Assembly: GCA_964016885.1 (NCBI GenBank)
Contig: CAXHJY010001028.1
Coordinates: 1-64,000 of the forward strand
Source: Eledone cirrhosa
Lineage: Eukaryota
Direction: 5' to 3'
DNA length: 64,000 bases
Below the pieces are notes generated by a model. It was not told where the DNA came from, made no database searches, and saw nothing but the letters and a program-made list of their open reading frames with translations. Below are positions 14,587-29,042 of this stretch, piece by piece. Position numbers and translations under genes: made by a program. Numbering within the stretch: position 1 is the first letter of the stretch; each line of letters starts with the position of its first letter.

Positions 14587-14811
14587 ATTATAGTTGGTGT
14601 TGCAGTCATCTGGAGTCAGTGAATGAAGACAACCAAATTAGCAGTCAATTCAATTAAGATGAAAACATTAAAGAAATCCAATGAAAACATTACTCCTACG
14701 GCTCTCTTGAGGGGGTCATTGAAATGTTCGTTATAATACTTGACCTTTCAAGGGGGATATCTTAACTGGGGTCTTTGTTCTTTGTTGGAGATGGAAGCAT
14801 AATTGTTCCGG

Positions 14812-14849
<38 letters not shown>

Positions 14850-14873
14850 GGGGGGACAGGGAGAGAAAGCGCA

Positions 14874-14940
<67 letters not shown>

Positions 14941-15169
14941 TGTACAGAGATATCCACGGTGAGAAGCAGTGATAATATGATGGAAAGATTTACGATGGTT
15001 ATTTAATTATTTCTACTTTTGGCACAAGGCCGGCAAATACTCAGTGCATTACTGGTACATTATTTTATCGAGGTTATTTAATATTGATCGGATAGAGACA
15101 GGGCCGTGTTGTGGGTAAAATGTTGGCTTTTGGTGTGAAACACTGTTAAGAACTCATTCAATGGCATAA

Positions 15170-15259
<90 letters not shown>

Positions 15260-15322
15260 GTACATACGCAGTCACATGTGTATTTAATAGAGAGAAAGTC
15301 AGAAAGAGATATATAGATGGAG

Positions 15323-15650
15323 AATCGACCCCAGTATTGCACTGGTATATTTTTTTTTAACCTACAAGGCTGCAAACCAACGTTGACGAAGGTGGGATTT
15401 GAACTCAGAACTCAGAGTGTTGGAATGAATACCACAAGGTATTCTATCTGATGTTCTGACGACTCAATTGGCCGCTTCAGATATTGACAAATATTTATAT
15501 TTATATTTTTCTCTAGATATAAATTACTATTTGTCAACTTTACCTTCCTTCCTTGCGGAGTCGATAAAATAAAGTACCAGTAAAGTACTGAGGTTGATAT
15601 AATACTCCTTTGCCTCTCACCAAAATTGAAGGCCTTGTACCTAAATTCAA
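15323..15650. mobile_element. SINE copies of the same family (minus 15323-15470; plus fragment 15530-15650)
   Basis: gggatttgaactcagaa and gataaaataaagtaccagt motifs. Confidence 0.6.
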
Positions 15651-15716
15651 AATCCTAAAACCCATCCTCCAATCCTTCAACACATCTGACCTTTGCCGTT
15701 GACCTTAACCTTTGAC

Positions 15717-15849
15717 CCTGTTCTAAAGTTGTCGCCACACTCTCCAATTCAATTAGGAAGGTGGCGTCCGAATGGTTGGTCCCTTTAAGACAGACAATGT
15801 TGTCTGATTGGTGAAGACCACACACGAGTCTCTGGTGAAACCTGCTGGT
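15717..15849 (-). CDS. Candidate internal host exon
   Basis: ttgtag acceptor; open frame TSRFHQRLVCGLHQSDNIVCLKGTNHSDATFLIELESVATTLEQ; weak donor. Confidence 0.2.
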
Positions 15850-16045
15850 CTACAAACTTGGTTTGTGATACGGCGACAAACATATACAAACAAATACACA
15901 CATACATACACACACACACATATACACACACATACATACAAACATATATATACATATACATACATATACATACACATACATATATATACATACATACATA
16001 CAAACATACAGACATACAAACATTTATACATACATATACACATAC

Positions 16046-16278
16046 ATGGTGGCTGCCAACTCGTTTTCGAGTACGGCCACTACTTTATATCCATGTAGGA
16101 GAACCCTTACCGATGCGCTGAACGAGTGTGACAATTTAGTCCAGCCAGCGACTTGAAAACTCTGGTACAAACACTACACTTGTGACAATTATTGACACAT
16201 AGTGCTGGGCCCATGGTACCATGTGACGACAAGTGCAGAGAGATCTCCAGATATAAAGCAATGCCTGTGCCGTGAAGC
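16046..16278 (-). mobile_element. 5'-truncated copy of the RTE derivative
   Basis: Reverse complement of the 3' 230 bp ([20 protein letters not shown]). Confidence 0.7.
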
Positions 16279-16499
16279 ATACATACAAACATATATACAT
16301 ACACATACATACATGATGATACATACATACATACATATATACATACATACAAACATATATACATACACATACATACATACAAACATATATACATATATAC
16401 ATACATACAAACATATATACATACATATAGATTTTAAGCCTTCTGTAAACAAAAAAATCAATCATATATAGGAAACCGTTGAGTAAATACTTAATAATT

Positions 16500-16655
16500 A
16501 GCAATTACCCAGTGCATTACTGGTACTTTATTTTATCGTCCCGTAAGGATGAAAGGAAAAGTTAACCTCGACGGGATTTGAACTCAGACCGTAAAGGGAC
16601 GTAACTATGCTGGAAAGAATGGTGTCCGACCCTCTACTGATACCGCCAATCCACG
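16500..16655 (-). mobile_element. tRNA-derived SINE
   Basis: Reverse complement of the 6495 family. Confidence 0.7.
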
Positions 16656-16739
16656 GAATAGTTTTGAGGGAGGTTTTGCTGCTATTTCTAACAGGTTTAG
16701 CAACTGTGTAAGTAGCTCTTCGTCATAGTATTTATAGTA

Positions 16740-16935
16740 GTTAGCAAAACCAACCGACATGAGACCCAGAGGCAGATCCCGAGCAAGAAGGGTGGATAAA
16801 CTCATCTATGAACTTGGCTGGATTAGTTGGAGACAATTACTTACTGACTGGACCCACTGGAAGGAGTGTTTGAGGACATTGTACCCCACGACACCCTCTC
16901 AGGTATAAGTGGGGGTGGGGTAGAGAAGGAAGAAG
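16740..16935 (+). mobile_element. Degenerate RTE LINE 3' end; its GAA-rich tail is expanded to about 17545
   Basis: LAKPTDMRPRGRSRARRVD...DWTHWKECLRTLYP followed by GAA-rich repeats. Confidence 0.55.
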
Positions 16936-17151
16936 AAGAAGTAGGAAGAGGAGGGGGAGAACAAGAAGAAGAAGAAGTAGAAGAAGAAGTAGGAAGAGGA
17001 GGGGGAGAACAAGAAGAAGTAGAAGAAGAAGAAGTAGGAAGAGGAGGGGGAGAACAAGAAGAAGAAGTAGAAGTAGAAGAAGAAGAAAAAGTAGGAAGAG
17101 GAGGGGGAGAACAAGAAGAAGAAGAAGTAGACGAAGAAGAAGAAGAAGAAG

Positions 17152-17183
<32 letters not shown>

Positions 17184-17964
17184 GGAAGAGGAGGGGGAGA
17201 ATAATAATAATAAGAAGTAGAAGTAGAAGAAGAAGAAGAGGAAGAGGAAGAAGAGGAAGAGGAAGAAGAAGTAGGAAGAGGAGGGGGAGAACAAGAAGAA
17301 GTAGAAGAAGTAGGAAGAGGAGGGGGAGGACAAGAAGAAGAAGAAGTAGAAGTAGAAGAAGAAGAAGAAGAAGAAGAAGAACAAGAACAAGAAGAAGAAG
17401 TAGGAAGAGGAAGGGGAGAACAAGAAGAAGTAGAAAAGAAGAAGAAGAAGAAGAACAAGAACAAGAAGAAGAAGTAGGAAGAGGAAGGGGAGAACAAGAA
17501 GAAGTAGAAAAGAAGAAGAAGTAGTAGAAGAAGAAGAAGAAGAAGAGAGGGATGGGGAGGTGGCCTTTTTTAAGGACCTGATAAATGTTTTATTGACTGA
17601 TTCTGAAGTGGTTTTGTCTGTTCCTACGTGGTCATAAACACTGTACTAGATATAAACAAGGTTGTTAGTACGTCTGTGGACACACATATACACACTCATA
17701 CACACATATACACACATTCACACACACACACACACAACTACACACAGCCATATATACATGCAGACACACAGTCCCCCCCCCATACACACACACGTATGTA
17801 TGCATACTTTCCAAAATGGCTGTCTAACTACAAAAAGAAAAAAAAATTCAATTTTCTTCCTTTTCTTACTTTCTCAATCTAACTTCCGATAAAAGATTAT
17901 CACCCGAAACGTTTAGACTCTTTTATATATTAAGCACCAAACTAATATATATCACCATTGCGAT

Positions 17965-18270
17965 ACACACCGAGGATGAAGAACTGAGAGCTGTACGGGA
18001 GCCTCCCAAAAGTCAGTTCGAAAGTGACACAGAGGAGACTGAGGTTAACTGGACATGCTCACCGACATCCAGAGTTGACACTGCACTCAGTGCTCCTGTG
18101 GGAGCCCCTGCATGGATACACTGGAAGAGGAAGACCGAGGTTAACATACGTTGATGCCCCAAGGACAGACACTGGTCTGTGGGAGACGCTGGATATGGCA
18201 GCGGTAATGAGGGACAGAGACCGCTGGAGAGAACTCGTCCATGGGACTCGGGAATTTTACCCACCCTAGA
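17965..18270 (+). mobile_element. RTE-clade LINE 3' coding end
   Basis: ELYGSLPKVSSKVTQRRLRLTGH...GRGRPRLTYVD...DTGL...MRDRDRWRELV, a typical RTE C-terminus. Confidence 0.8.
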
Positions 18271-18547
18271 TATTGCGATATAGTAGAAGTGCCACACAAC
18301 GAGACTGAACCCGGCTATAAAGCAGTTAAATGTCTGTTGTTGAATCATTTCGTAGCTTCCATGTATTGAAATATCTTTATAGTTTGGTAGGTCTTTCACA
18401 TTATATTGTACCACTAATCTTGGTAGATTTTAAAAAGACCAGCTTCAAAATGTCTTCTCTTTCTCAGACTGGTAATGTTTCTGTTGCTGGAACAACTTGT
18501 TTATGGTTGGTAGGTCTTTGACAATATATTGTATCTCCTTTGAACTC

Positions 18548-18682
18548 AGTTACGGCCCTTGCCATTCTGAGTTCAAATCCCGCCGAGGTTAACTTTGCCT
18601 TTCATCCTTACGGGATCGATAAAATAAAGTACCAGTAATACACTGGAATAATTGCTGGCCTTGTGCCAAAGGTAGAAACAAT
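18548..18682 (+). mobile_element. tRNA-derived SINE, 5' truncated
   Basis: gagttcaaatcccgccgagg...aaagtaccagt...gccttgtgcc. Confidence 0.7.
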
Positions 18683-18894
18683 TATATTGTATCTCCAATA
18701 TTGGTAGAGGTTTTTAAAAGACCAGCTTCAAGATGTTATCTCTCTCCTCTCTTAGACTGGTAATTTTTACAGCGGAACAAATAGTGTCAAAGAGTTTCTG
18801 GACAATCCCCACAAGAACACAAGAGGTGATTATATACGGCTCGTTCTTGATAAAATATAGTTTAAGGGTATATGCCCATTCGAAGCGAATATAA

Positions 18895-18949
<55 letters not shown>

Positions 18950-19011
18950 TGTTTCTTTTAGATAGATAGATAGTAAGATAGAGAGATAGATAAAGATGAT
19001 AGATAGATAGG

Positions 19012-19046
<35 letters not shown>

Positions 19047-19443
19047 ATGGACAGGGAGATAGATATAGATAGGTAGAATCATAGATAGATAGATTGAGAG
19101 ACAAAGAGACAAACAGATAGATAGGTGATAGGATAGTAGGTATGAAATACAGTAGGTTAGTAGTGAAGCTAGTAACGACAAAAGCAGTAGGAAACGCAAA
19201 AGACGAGATATATATGAAAAAGTGTAAGACGATAAATCTGTGAGGACCATTGAAGCGAAGCAAGACATGTCACACAGACGTCACACAGACGTCGTCTCCC
19301 TCTTCCTCCAATGTCTCTGCTAAATACATTACACGCCGGTGACCTTCACAGGTTTTCATGAAAACTGGTGTTTATTGCTTTTTGATGGGTCTTCGGTACG
19401 GTTGATTTAACTGGCCAGCCGGACCACTCAACACTCACACACT

Positions 19444-19482
<39 letters not shown>

Positions 19483-19589
19483 CATGGTTGTTGTGGAGTA
19501 GATAGACAGCTAGATAGAGGTATATATATATCTTCACTCTTCTCCCCCCCCCACCCTCGCTCTCTCAGGGCTTTACCTATCTCTATACC

Positions 19590-20190
19590 AACTCTACATC
19601 ACCGCATGCATTGAGTACTCCCATGGTTAGTGCCCCCCCCCCGGGTTCAGAATCAGGGTGGAGAGAGAGGCACTGCACCCCAGTAAATTTACCGAAAGGT
19701 GGGTGAATGAAGCGAAAATGGCCCGAGTGATTGGGCCTTCTCTGTTTATAAGCCTGTAGGTTCAGGAAGAAAGGAGCACCTGCACAGCACGCTCCTGGAG
19801 TTGAGGGTTGTTCTATCGACGGAGTATTAAACAACCCAGTAAGTTTTATGAAAGGTGGGTGAAAGTGGCGAGAATGGCCCGAGTGAATGGGCCTTCTCTC
19901 TATATCAGCCTGTAGGTTGAGGAAAAGGAGGAGGAGAGAAAAGGAGTACAAACTCTTCGTATTCCTGGAGATGAGAGTTGCACATTTTTTCGGGGGTATG
20001 TGTTACCCATATGAACTGTCTCCCCCTATTGGGGAAAATCGACTAATTTTTTAAATTGCATTTGTGATAACATTTTACACGTTTTTATTGTATGTAAACT
20101 TCCCCCTTGTATTTGTCCCCTTCTTTTGTGCCCCTGTGGCTAATAAAGAAACATATCTATCTATCTGTCTATCTGTCTATCTATCTGTCC
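19590..20190 (+). mobile_element. Related LINE 3' end with an internally duplicated C-terminus and (TATC)n tail
   Basis: gaaaggtgggtgaa...aatggcccgagtga..gggccttct occurs twice; ends ctaataaagaaacatatctatc. Confidence 0.55.
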
Positions 20191-20321
20191 TTCTGTCTGA
20201 CTATCTATCGCATCATTCACTTTTTCTTTAAGTCATCATATCAAAATATGGTGATGGAGGGGAATGTGAGGGGGGTGGGGCAACAATGAAAGCATTTCAA
20301 CTCGTGTCACTGGCACACAAT

Positions 20322-20358
<37 letters not shown>

Positions 20359-20619
20359 CACAATAAAGGAGGCATAAAAGACGGGGGTGTTGTGTGGTTA
20401 GCCAGCTGATCACGAGCTGTGTTCTAAATAGGGAACAAACAGAGCTAATAAAACCCTCATTTATTCCCTACCAAAATTACAAAGAGGAAATTAAGCTAAA
20501 GTTATTTCCTATCTATTTAAAGTAGTGCAATATGTAACAATCGAAACCTTACACTATTGTTGTTGGTCATGAGATTGTTTCTGCTTTTCACTATTGTTAC
20601 TATTATAATGACAAGGTTA

Positions 20620-20840
20620 GGGCGGTGGATTGGCAGTATCGGTAGAGAGTCGGACACCATGCTTTGCAGCATAGAGTTACGGCCCTTTACGGTCTGAGTT
20701 CAAATCCCGCCGAGGTTAGCTTTGCCTTCCATCATTTCGGGGGGGGGGGGTCGATAAAATAAAGTACCAGTAATATACTGTAGTCGATTTAATCGACTTT
20801 CTCCTCTTCCTCAAAATTGCTGGCCTTGTGCCAAAAGTAA
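20620..20840 (+). mobile_element. tRNA-derived SINE, full length
   Basis: Same family head, core and tail. Confidence 0.75.
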
Positions 20841-21189
20841 AACACACACATACACACACACAAACAAACACACCCTCATTAACACATATATACACAAGCG
20901 CATATACACACCCACGATCACACAAACGCATGCAAACACACACACACTGATGCAGAGGTTTTCCACCCTCTCTTTGTTTGACCAGGTCTTTATGTAGCTT
21001 CCACCCTCACTCATACTCGCCCCCACTTATTTACTCCTTCACTCACACTCCTAACATCTCACTCATTTTCACCTGTCAACACTTCACTCGATACCCAAAT
21101 GTTTTAATTAACAAGTATAGCGCCACATTTCAATTAGAGCCAGCCGTCTTCCATAACACTTTCTACCAACCTACCTACCTACCTAAATT

Positions 21190-21660
21190 ATATTTAATTT
21201 AATAGATATTTAATTTAATATATTATATTTAATTTAATATATTTAATTTAATATATTATATTTAATTTAATATATTATATTTAATTTAATATATATTTAG
21301 TTTAATATATTTAATTTAATTTAATATATTATATTTAATTTAATATATTATATTTAATTTAATATATTATATTTAATTTAATATATTATATTTTATTTAA
21401 TATATTATATTTAATTTAATATATTATATTTAATTTAATATATATTTAATTTAATATATTATATTTAATTTAATATATTATATTTAATTTAATATATTAT
21501 ATTTAATTTAATATATTATATTTAATTTAATATATTATATTTAATTTAATATATTATATTTAATTTAATATATTATATTTAATTTAATATATTATATTTA
21601 ATTTAATATATTATATTTAATTTAATATATTATATTTAATTTAATATATTATATTTAATT
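21190..21660. repeat. 17-bp essentially pure-AT minisatellite
   Basis: Unit atttaatttaatatatt. Confidence 0.9.
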
Positions 21661-21702
21661 TACCTTACTAATTGTGGTTACCCCCCGATTGAACCAGTGA
21701 CT

Positions 21703-21804
<102 letters not shown>

Positions 21805-21824
21805 CATACATATATGTGTGTATA

Positions 21825-22077
21825 GATAGATAGATAGATAGATATATTTCTTTATGAGCCACAGGGGCACAAAAGAAGGGGACAAATACAAAGGGGGAAG
21901 TTTACATACAATAAAAACGTGTAAAATGTTATCACAGATGGAATTTAAAAGTTAGTCGATTTTCCCCAATAGAGGGAGACAGTTCATATGGGTAACACAT
22001 ACCCCCGAAAAAAAAATGTGCAACCCTCATCTCCAGGAGTACGAAGAGTTTGTACTCCTTTCCTCTCCTCCTCCTTT
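21825..22077 (-). mobile_element. Truncated reverse copy of the same LINE 3' UTR
   Basis: Reverse complement of about 19925-20165. Confidence 0.6.
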
Positions 22078-22147
<70 letters not shown>

Positions 22148-22708
22148 CTAGCGTGTATTTACTCTCGATCCCACCAATTCAAGAGATCGTCGATCTTTTT
22201 ATTTTTTTTTTTATTTACTGGAGATGTTGCTTCATTATCAAACTCTGGGTCTCATACAATATACAGTTTTGGGAGCCATGGTCGCCCTCCTTGCGTGGGA
22301 AATTTTATTTCTCTACATTCCCAATACTGTAGAAGTTTCCAGCAACATCGAGCAGTTTCCAAGTTCTTACAACTAATTACATTAAGTCAGGCTTACACAA
22401 AAGTCTGGGTCGCGAAACTTCAGGGGGTCGTGTTTAAAACTTTACACGGAGGTCGTGATGAATTCTCTCCGTGTTAAATATTCTGGGAGTTGTACAAGTT
22501 TCTCTTTTAGTGCCAGGGGCCTGCATGCCCGACTAACCTACACCTTAGTGACATGTTCACCTTTCCCCATCCACCCGATCTACTTAACTTCCTTAACCAT
22601 ATCCCAGCCCTTTATATTATCATGATATATCTAACGTCGCTATAATGACTTCAATGAAACATCTGTATCCGAACTCTCTGTCTGGTACATAGAAACAGAG
22701 GGAGTGAG

Positions 22709-22797
<89 letters not shown>

Positions 22798-22801
<4 letters not shown>

Positions 22802-22930
22802 TACTATTTATGACGAGACAGGTACTATTTTTTGTTTTATCAACTTGGAAAGCATGAATGGCAAAGTTGACCTCGCTGGGATTTGAACTCAGAGAACAGA
22901 GAACAGATACTACAAAGGCTTTGTTGTACC
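22798..22930 (-). mobile_element. tRNA-derived SINE, diverged
   Basis: gaatggcaaagttgacctcgctgggatttgaactcaga. Confidence 0.6.
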
Positions 22931-22950
22931 TACAACTTAATCGAGCATAT

Positions 22951-22982
<32 letters not shown>

Positions 22983-23014
22983 TATATATATATATTATAT
23001 ATGTATATATATAT

Positions 23015-23052
<38 letters not shown>

Positions 23053-23577
23053 TGTGTGTGTATGTTGTGTGTGTTGTGTGTATGTGTATGTGTGTGTATA
23101 CACATCTAGGTAGATGGGAATATTGTTGCATGTGTGGTGTGTGGGGTGAAGGGAGAGATGAAGAAAGAGTAAGTGTAAAGGAGGGAAAGAAAGGGAGAGA
23201 AAGAGTGAGGGAAAGGGAGAAATACATCGACTGTGTGTGAGAAATACAGAGACCGGAAATAGAATTGTTAAAACAGATCATGCTTAACTTCCGGGTGTCT
23301 TCATTTCCTCTTGGTTGACGTTGTGACAATAATAATATTAATTAGGGTAAACAACAACAATATCAGCAACAACAAAATCTGCAATAATATCAACAACAAC
23401 ACCAACAGCAACAATAACAACAACACCAACAACAATAACGATAACAGGAACAACAACCATAACAACAATATCGAACAAAACAGAACGCAAGAAATATATT
23501 AGACCAATCCGTGAGAGTCTTTAACAAAAGGACTTCTCACGTGACCTATACTAGAATACATTGGAATCAACCATATA

Positions 23578-23641
<64 letters not shown>

Positions 23642-23642
<1 letters not shown>

Positions 23643-24251
23643 GTCAGGTCACCAGTTGGTGCTACTGGTAACATGTATCCCAGTACAACCTGTCCCATGG
23701 TCGGGTCGTTGGCGACTAAACTGGCAACCCCACCAAGGTTTCTTGGTGAGGAGGGTGACTTTGGACATCCTGCAGGACTAAAAACAAGACCTGTCAAAGG
23801 GCAAAGGAGCTCTTAAGAGTCAATGGCCATTCCAAAATCACCGGGAGAGATGACCCCTTAGCCTTTGTCAAGGCAGAATTCTAGGAGAAGGAAAACTCTG
23901 ATATAACACCTGCAACTCTGATGGTATCCAATGATGTTGACTTGTTCTTCTTTTTGGTAAATATCATCTTGGTTAAGAGAGTGGGACTGGCTTTGTGCAG
24001 TGCCTTTGCTCACTATAAAAGCTTCACGGCACAGGCATTGCTTTATATCTGGAGATCTCTCTGCACTTGTCGTCACAGGGTACCATGGCCCCAGCACTAT
24101 GTGTCAATATTTGTCACAAGTGTAGTGTTTGTACCAGAGTTTTCAAGTCGCTGGCTGGACTAAAAGGTCACACTCGTTCACTGCATCGGTAGGGGTTCTC
24201 CTATATGGATATAAAGTAGTGGCCGTACTCGAAAACGAGTTGGCAGCCACC

Positions 24252-24252
<1 letters not shown>
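23642..24252 (+). mobile_element. Non-autonomous bipartite RTE derivative (5' UTR plus 3' zinc-finger end), about 610 bp
   Basis: RTE 5'-UTR-type motif ctaggagaaggaaaactctga; the 3' part encodes a CxxC...SLAGL..H...H finger. Near-identical to 43913-44522. Confidence 0.7.
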
Positions 24253-24332
<80 letters not shown>

Positions 24333-24365
24333 ATATATATATATATGTGGGTGTATATATATATA

Positions 24366-24406
<41 letters not shown>

Positions 24407-24437
24407 ATATATAAATGAAAGTATATATATATATATA

Positions 24438-24690
24438 TAGGAAATTTCCCTGTGGTCCTTCAGGGTAAAGTGCGGGGTCTTTACCCTTAAAGGTTCAGTT
24501 CTGTCATCTAGTTTAAGGGACTTTGCTATCTCTTTTCCAACTACATTCGTCTCAGTCAGAGCCATCTATTTCACCTTTTTGTAAGTGGTCGTGATTGCAT
24601 TTTTGCCCAGGTAAGTCCACCTCATATACGTTTTTGGTTTTATCAGAGGGGACATGGCGATTGGGGGAACTTTTCATATATACATATTAA
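24438..24690 (-). pseudogene. Degenerate PLE ORF fragment (N-terminal region), related family
   Basis: MKSSPNRHVPSDKTKNVY...[28 protein letters not shown] aligns by eye with LKKSKKIHVHSDKTGNLY...IVKKLNIEDRTEPLALKRPHFNLKDH of the intact ORF. Confidence 0.8.
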
Positions 24691-24714
24691 ATTTAAGCCA
24701 ACAGATATTTTCAG

Positions 24715-24960
24715 TAATGGAAAGACCAATGGAAACATTGTATCCTTGGTCAGATCTAATGATCTGCTCCTTTCTTCTGCCAGGAGTTATGACTGACAGA
24801 TAGTATGAGTAATAGAAAGACCAATGGAAATAATGATTCCTTGGTCAGATCTGATGATCTGCTCCTTTCTTCTGCCAGGAGTTATGACTGACAGATAGTA
24901 TGAGTAATAGAAAGACCAATGGAAATAATGATTCCTTGGTCAGATCTGATGATCAGCTCC
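24715..24960. repeat. About 97-bp tandem repeat, 2.5 copies
   Basis: gaaagaccaatggaaa...ccttggtcagatct.atgatc occurs three times. Confidence 0.85.
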
Positions 24961-25695
24961 TTTTTCCCAATTTATTTTGATTGTAACATGAGGGAGGTTT
25001 GGCTACTATTTCTGTTGTTGTTGTTGTCATCGTTATTATGTCTGGCCTCTACTTCTCTTTTCTTCCTCTCTTTCTTTGTTGTTGTTGTTGTAGGTGGTGG
25101 TGGTGGTGGTAGTGGTGTGGTGGTGGTAGTGGTGGTGGCGGTAGTGTTGTAGTGGTTGGTGGTGTTGGTGTTGTTGTTGTTGGTGGTGGTGTAGTTGGTG
25201 GTACTGAAATAAGAGTGTAGGTGTGGTGTGGAGGATACTGATAAGATTTGACAGTTCTATAGAGTGAAATATACAGATGAGGAGAGGGTGGCTGGGGGGG
25301 GGGGTATAGAAGGGGTGGGGGAGGGTATAAAGTAGATGTACAGGTTTCACTAACAACCTACATTCTGTAACTGTTATTCCCCAACACCTTCCATCTACAT
25401 CCCCCACCGCCACCACCACCACCACCACCACTACCACCATCACTTCCACTATCACTACCACCGCCACTACCACCGCCACCACCACCACCACTAACACCAC
25501 CACCACCACCGCCGCCACTACCACCACTACCACCACTACCACTGCCACTAACACCACCACCACCACCACCACCACCCACCACCACCACCACTATGAATTG
25601 TCTTTAAAACCTCAGATAGAGACTTCGTTGTATTTTTTTCCAGCTCTCTCTGTTTTGAGTTCAAATCCCACTGAGGTCTGTGTTGTACCTCTTGC

Positions 25696-25768
<73 letters not shown>

Positions 25769-25814
25769 GGTGGTGCTGGTGGTGTTGGTGTTGCTGTTGT
25801 TGTTGTTGCTGTTT

Positions 25815-25873
25815 TCTGGACCAAAAATAGCCGTCGAAAGGGCTTGAGTTCTGCCGTCGGGGTCATACTTTTT

Positions 25874-25877
<4 letters not shown>
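25815..25877 (+). mobile_element. Family A fragment (a reverse fragment lies at 26198-26238)
   Basis: aaaatagccgtcgaaagggcttgagttctgccgtcggggtcatactttttcc matches 5605-5657. Confidence 0.6.
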
Positions 25878-25913
<36 letters not shown>

Positions 25914-26100
25914 AATATAGATGAGATTCTACAGGACTAGAACTGTTTCATTCTTTAGAAATCATCAGGAATCTGATGATTTCTAATGAATGAAACAGTT
26001 CTAGTCCTGTAGAATCTCATCTATATTAAAACTTTTATACTCTGCTATGTATTGAGTACCTTACTTACTGTGGTTACCTCCGATTCAACCCGGAATAACG
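25914..26100 (+). mobile_element. Family B insert with a 5' fold-back, in (TA)n
   Basis: About 55-bp inverted arms around the hammerhead core, then the tail attgagtaccttacttactgtggttacctccgatt. Confidence 0.7.
25924..25974 (-). ncRNA. Minimal hammerhead ribozyme (family B)
   Basis: Minus strand: agattc CTGATGA tttc-taaa-gaat GAAA cag-ttctagtc-ctg TA gaatct. Stem I 6 bp, GUA triplet. A mirror copy on the plus strand (25973-26017) lacks the 5' strand of stem I. Confidence 0.75.
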
Positions 26101-26234
26101 TATATATATATATATATATATAGTAGAATAATCGAGTATCGAAAAATCGGCGCACGAGTTCACGATAAACAAAATTCGATATATATATATATATATATAG
26201 GAAAAAGTATGACCCCGACGACAGAACTCAAGCC

Positions 26235-26298
<64 letters not shown>

Positions 26299-26890
26299 GG
26301 CTTCTACAGGACTAGAACTGTTTCATTCGGTAGAAATCATCATATCTACTATATAAATTGGAAGTGGTCGGACGTTGTATATTTAAGTAAGTAGGTGTAG
26401 TTGGATAAACGTCGAAACGGCTTGGTGGAATGCACCGAAAATTTACACAGTTATGCAGAATGACCCGAGGAGGCGTTGGGTCGACTTTTAGGGTACAAGC
26501 TTCCATGGTTACGGAGAAAATCGATGAAACAGGAATTTCCCATTCAAATTGAACTGAGAGTAATTTGTGAATGCAGAAGTAAATATTTCGAGAAATGTTG
26601 CAACCGAAGGAAAACAGGAAGGCGATATTTTGATTCTGGAGCGATAAGAACAATTTCATGCAAAGACAAGACCAAGTTTATGGTATAAATGGAGTCGTTA
26701 GACTAATATTCTATTTAACATAACAGAATGATTTCCAGCACCGGAGTTTAAGAGTGATGTAAATAAAATTGAAAACGAAAATGACAGAGGTTATTAAAAT
26801 AGTAAAAGTAAATAGTGAAGATTTAGGCCAGTACATACGTATGCCCCGACGGACATACACATACATACGCACACACAAATACATACCCCC

Positions 26891-27453
<563 letters not shown>

Positions 27454-27827
27454 TATATATATATATATATATACAAGTGTGTGTGTGTAGGGTGTGCGCG
27501 TGTATATGTGTGTGTGTTTGTATAGGTGTTTGTATATGTGTATGTGTATATGTATGTGTGTGTATGTGTATATTATGTATGTGTGTGTATGTATATGTGT
27601 ATGTGTGTATGTATATATGTATGTATAAGGTGTATATATGCCTGTGTATATACAGTGACGTAACTGCACTGCCCAAGGCGGTCCCCTAGTTTACCGTAGT
27701 CCCCTCCTCCCGTAGACACAATACAGGAGAGGAAAGTGACACCCCGCCTACCAAAGTTGCTGCCCGGGGCGCAGGCCCCACTCCTCCACCTCCTCTGTTT
27801 ATATGTTAAACACCTCTATATGGTGTG

Positions 27828-27930
<103 letters not shown>

Positions 27931-27980
27931 TACATATATACATATATATATATATATACATATATACATATATATATATG

Positions 27981-28150
<170 letters not shown>

Positions 28151-28151
28151 C

Positions 28152-28243
<92 letters not shown>

Positions 28244-28244
28244 G

Positions 28245-28390
<146 letters not shown>

Positions 28391-28450
28391 AAAGAAAATG
28401 TATATATATATATATAAATGTATATATATATACATTTATATATATATATA

Positions 28451-28533
<83 letters not shown>

Positions 28534-28554
28534 GTATATATATATATGTATATA

Positions 28555-28629
<75 letters not shown>

Positions 28630-29010
28630 GTATATATATATATGTATATATATATATGTATATATATATATGTATATATATGTATCTAGAGAGAGAGAGT
28701 GATGCTGAGACTGAGGAGACCACAAATATATGTGTGTGTGCCTGTTTGTATGTGTGTGTGTGTGTATATGTATGTGTATATATGTATGTCTATATGTGTA
28801 TGTGTGTGTGTGTGTATATGTATGTGTATATATGTATGTCTATATGTCTATGTGTGTATGTGTGTATATATGTATGTGTATATATGTATGTCTATATGTG
28901 TATGTGTGTGTGTGTGTATATATATACCAACACATGTGTCTAAAGTGCTGATTAAAAATGGCAGTCATTGTTTCTGGTTTTACGCTGAGGCGCAAACCAG
29001 AACTCCTTCG

Positions 29011-29042
<32 letters not shown>

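Noticed and set aside
17876-17920. Hammerhead at cccgaaacgtt
   Set aside because: The first core (ccgataa) and stem II are too degenerate to support; 7070-7160 was rejected for the same reason.
23678-23765. Twister or HDV-like ribozyme in the RTE 5' UTR
   Set aside because: Partial resemblance (cctgtcccatggtcggg, ctaa-actgg), but the twister L1 elements and the HDV P1/P3 spacing do not fit, so it was not called as a feature.
24715-24960. Tandem hammerheads or C/D snoRNAs in the 97-bp repeat
   Set aside because: CTGATGA is present in only some units, there is no UH at the required position, and box spacing and terminal stems are unconvincing.
26360-26700. Gypsy/LTR integrase relic
   Set aside because: Coding-like composition, but many stops and no diagnostic motif I can verify.
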